Source: Epiperipatus broadwayi
Taxonomy: Eukaryota > Animalia > Onychophora
Length of the DNA: 64,000 nt
NCBI GenBank assembly: GCA_028023455.1
Contig: JAQFVV010000002.1
Location: forward strand, 22,320,001 to 22,384,000
Direction of reading: 5' to 3'
Of this stretch, positions 63,835 through 64,000 are shown in pieces (position 1 is the stretch's first letter; each line of letters opens with the position of its first letter). Under the pieces are notes generated by a model. That model was not told where the DNA came from, searched no databases, and worked only from the letters and a program-made list of their open reading frames with translations. A program made the translations under genes and the position numbers.

Positions 63835-64000
63835 GCAAACTCTCCCTACAGTAGTACCACTCAGTGGAAGCTTTAGTAACCAATGAATGGAAGGAGGTTT
63901 GAGCATAAAATCCCCATCTAGTGTCTCCTTCTCTCTGATGAGAGTCACAGGCTAGAAACTCATCTGGAAATATTGGATGAGTAAGCAATAGATAGGTATT
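63835..64000. mobile_element. Family B fold-back copy running off the window; HHR at 63928-63980 (+)
   Basis: CTGATGA gAGTcacagGCTa GAAA CTCA TC TGG follows an opposed family B arm. Confidence 0.75.

Overview
AT-rich metazoan genomic DNA (species not identifiable), almost entirely intronic or intergenic and made of nested, decayed transposable elements. The only well-supported host coding sequence is two phase-compatible + strand exons (47558-47629 and 58001-58152) encoding an N-terminal cadherin repeat of the CDH23/CDHR1/Cad88C type. Elements present: RTE and L1/Tx1-like LINE fragments; a non-autonomous LTR element (400-5982) inserted in an RTE copy; a complete but disrupted hAT transposon carrying a Tc1/pogo-type MITE; further hAT MITEs, one resembling SPIN/URR1; a Kolobok-type MITE; a tRNA-derived SINE; and four Penelope-like element (PLE) remnants, three with an inverted duplication at the 5' end. 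The strongest signal is a high density of type I hammerhead ribozyme (HHR) motifs, more than 20 counting degenerate copies. They occur in two non-coding repeat families. Family A has a ~470-nt unit with a tRNA-like segment and appears as tandem and inverted copies. Family B forms fold-back copies flanked by TSDs. HHR motifs also occur in PLE 3' ends, where the core appears to carry compensatory variants of the C3-G8 pair (A3-U8, U3-A8). All calls come from manual reading and translation. No database searches or folding programs were run.
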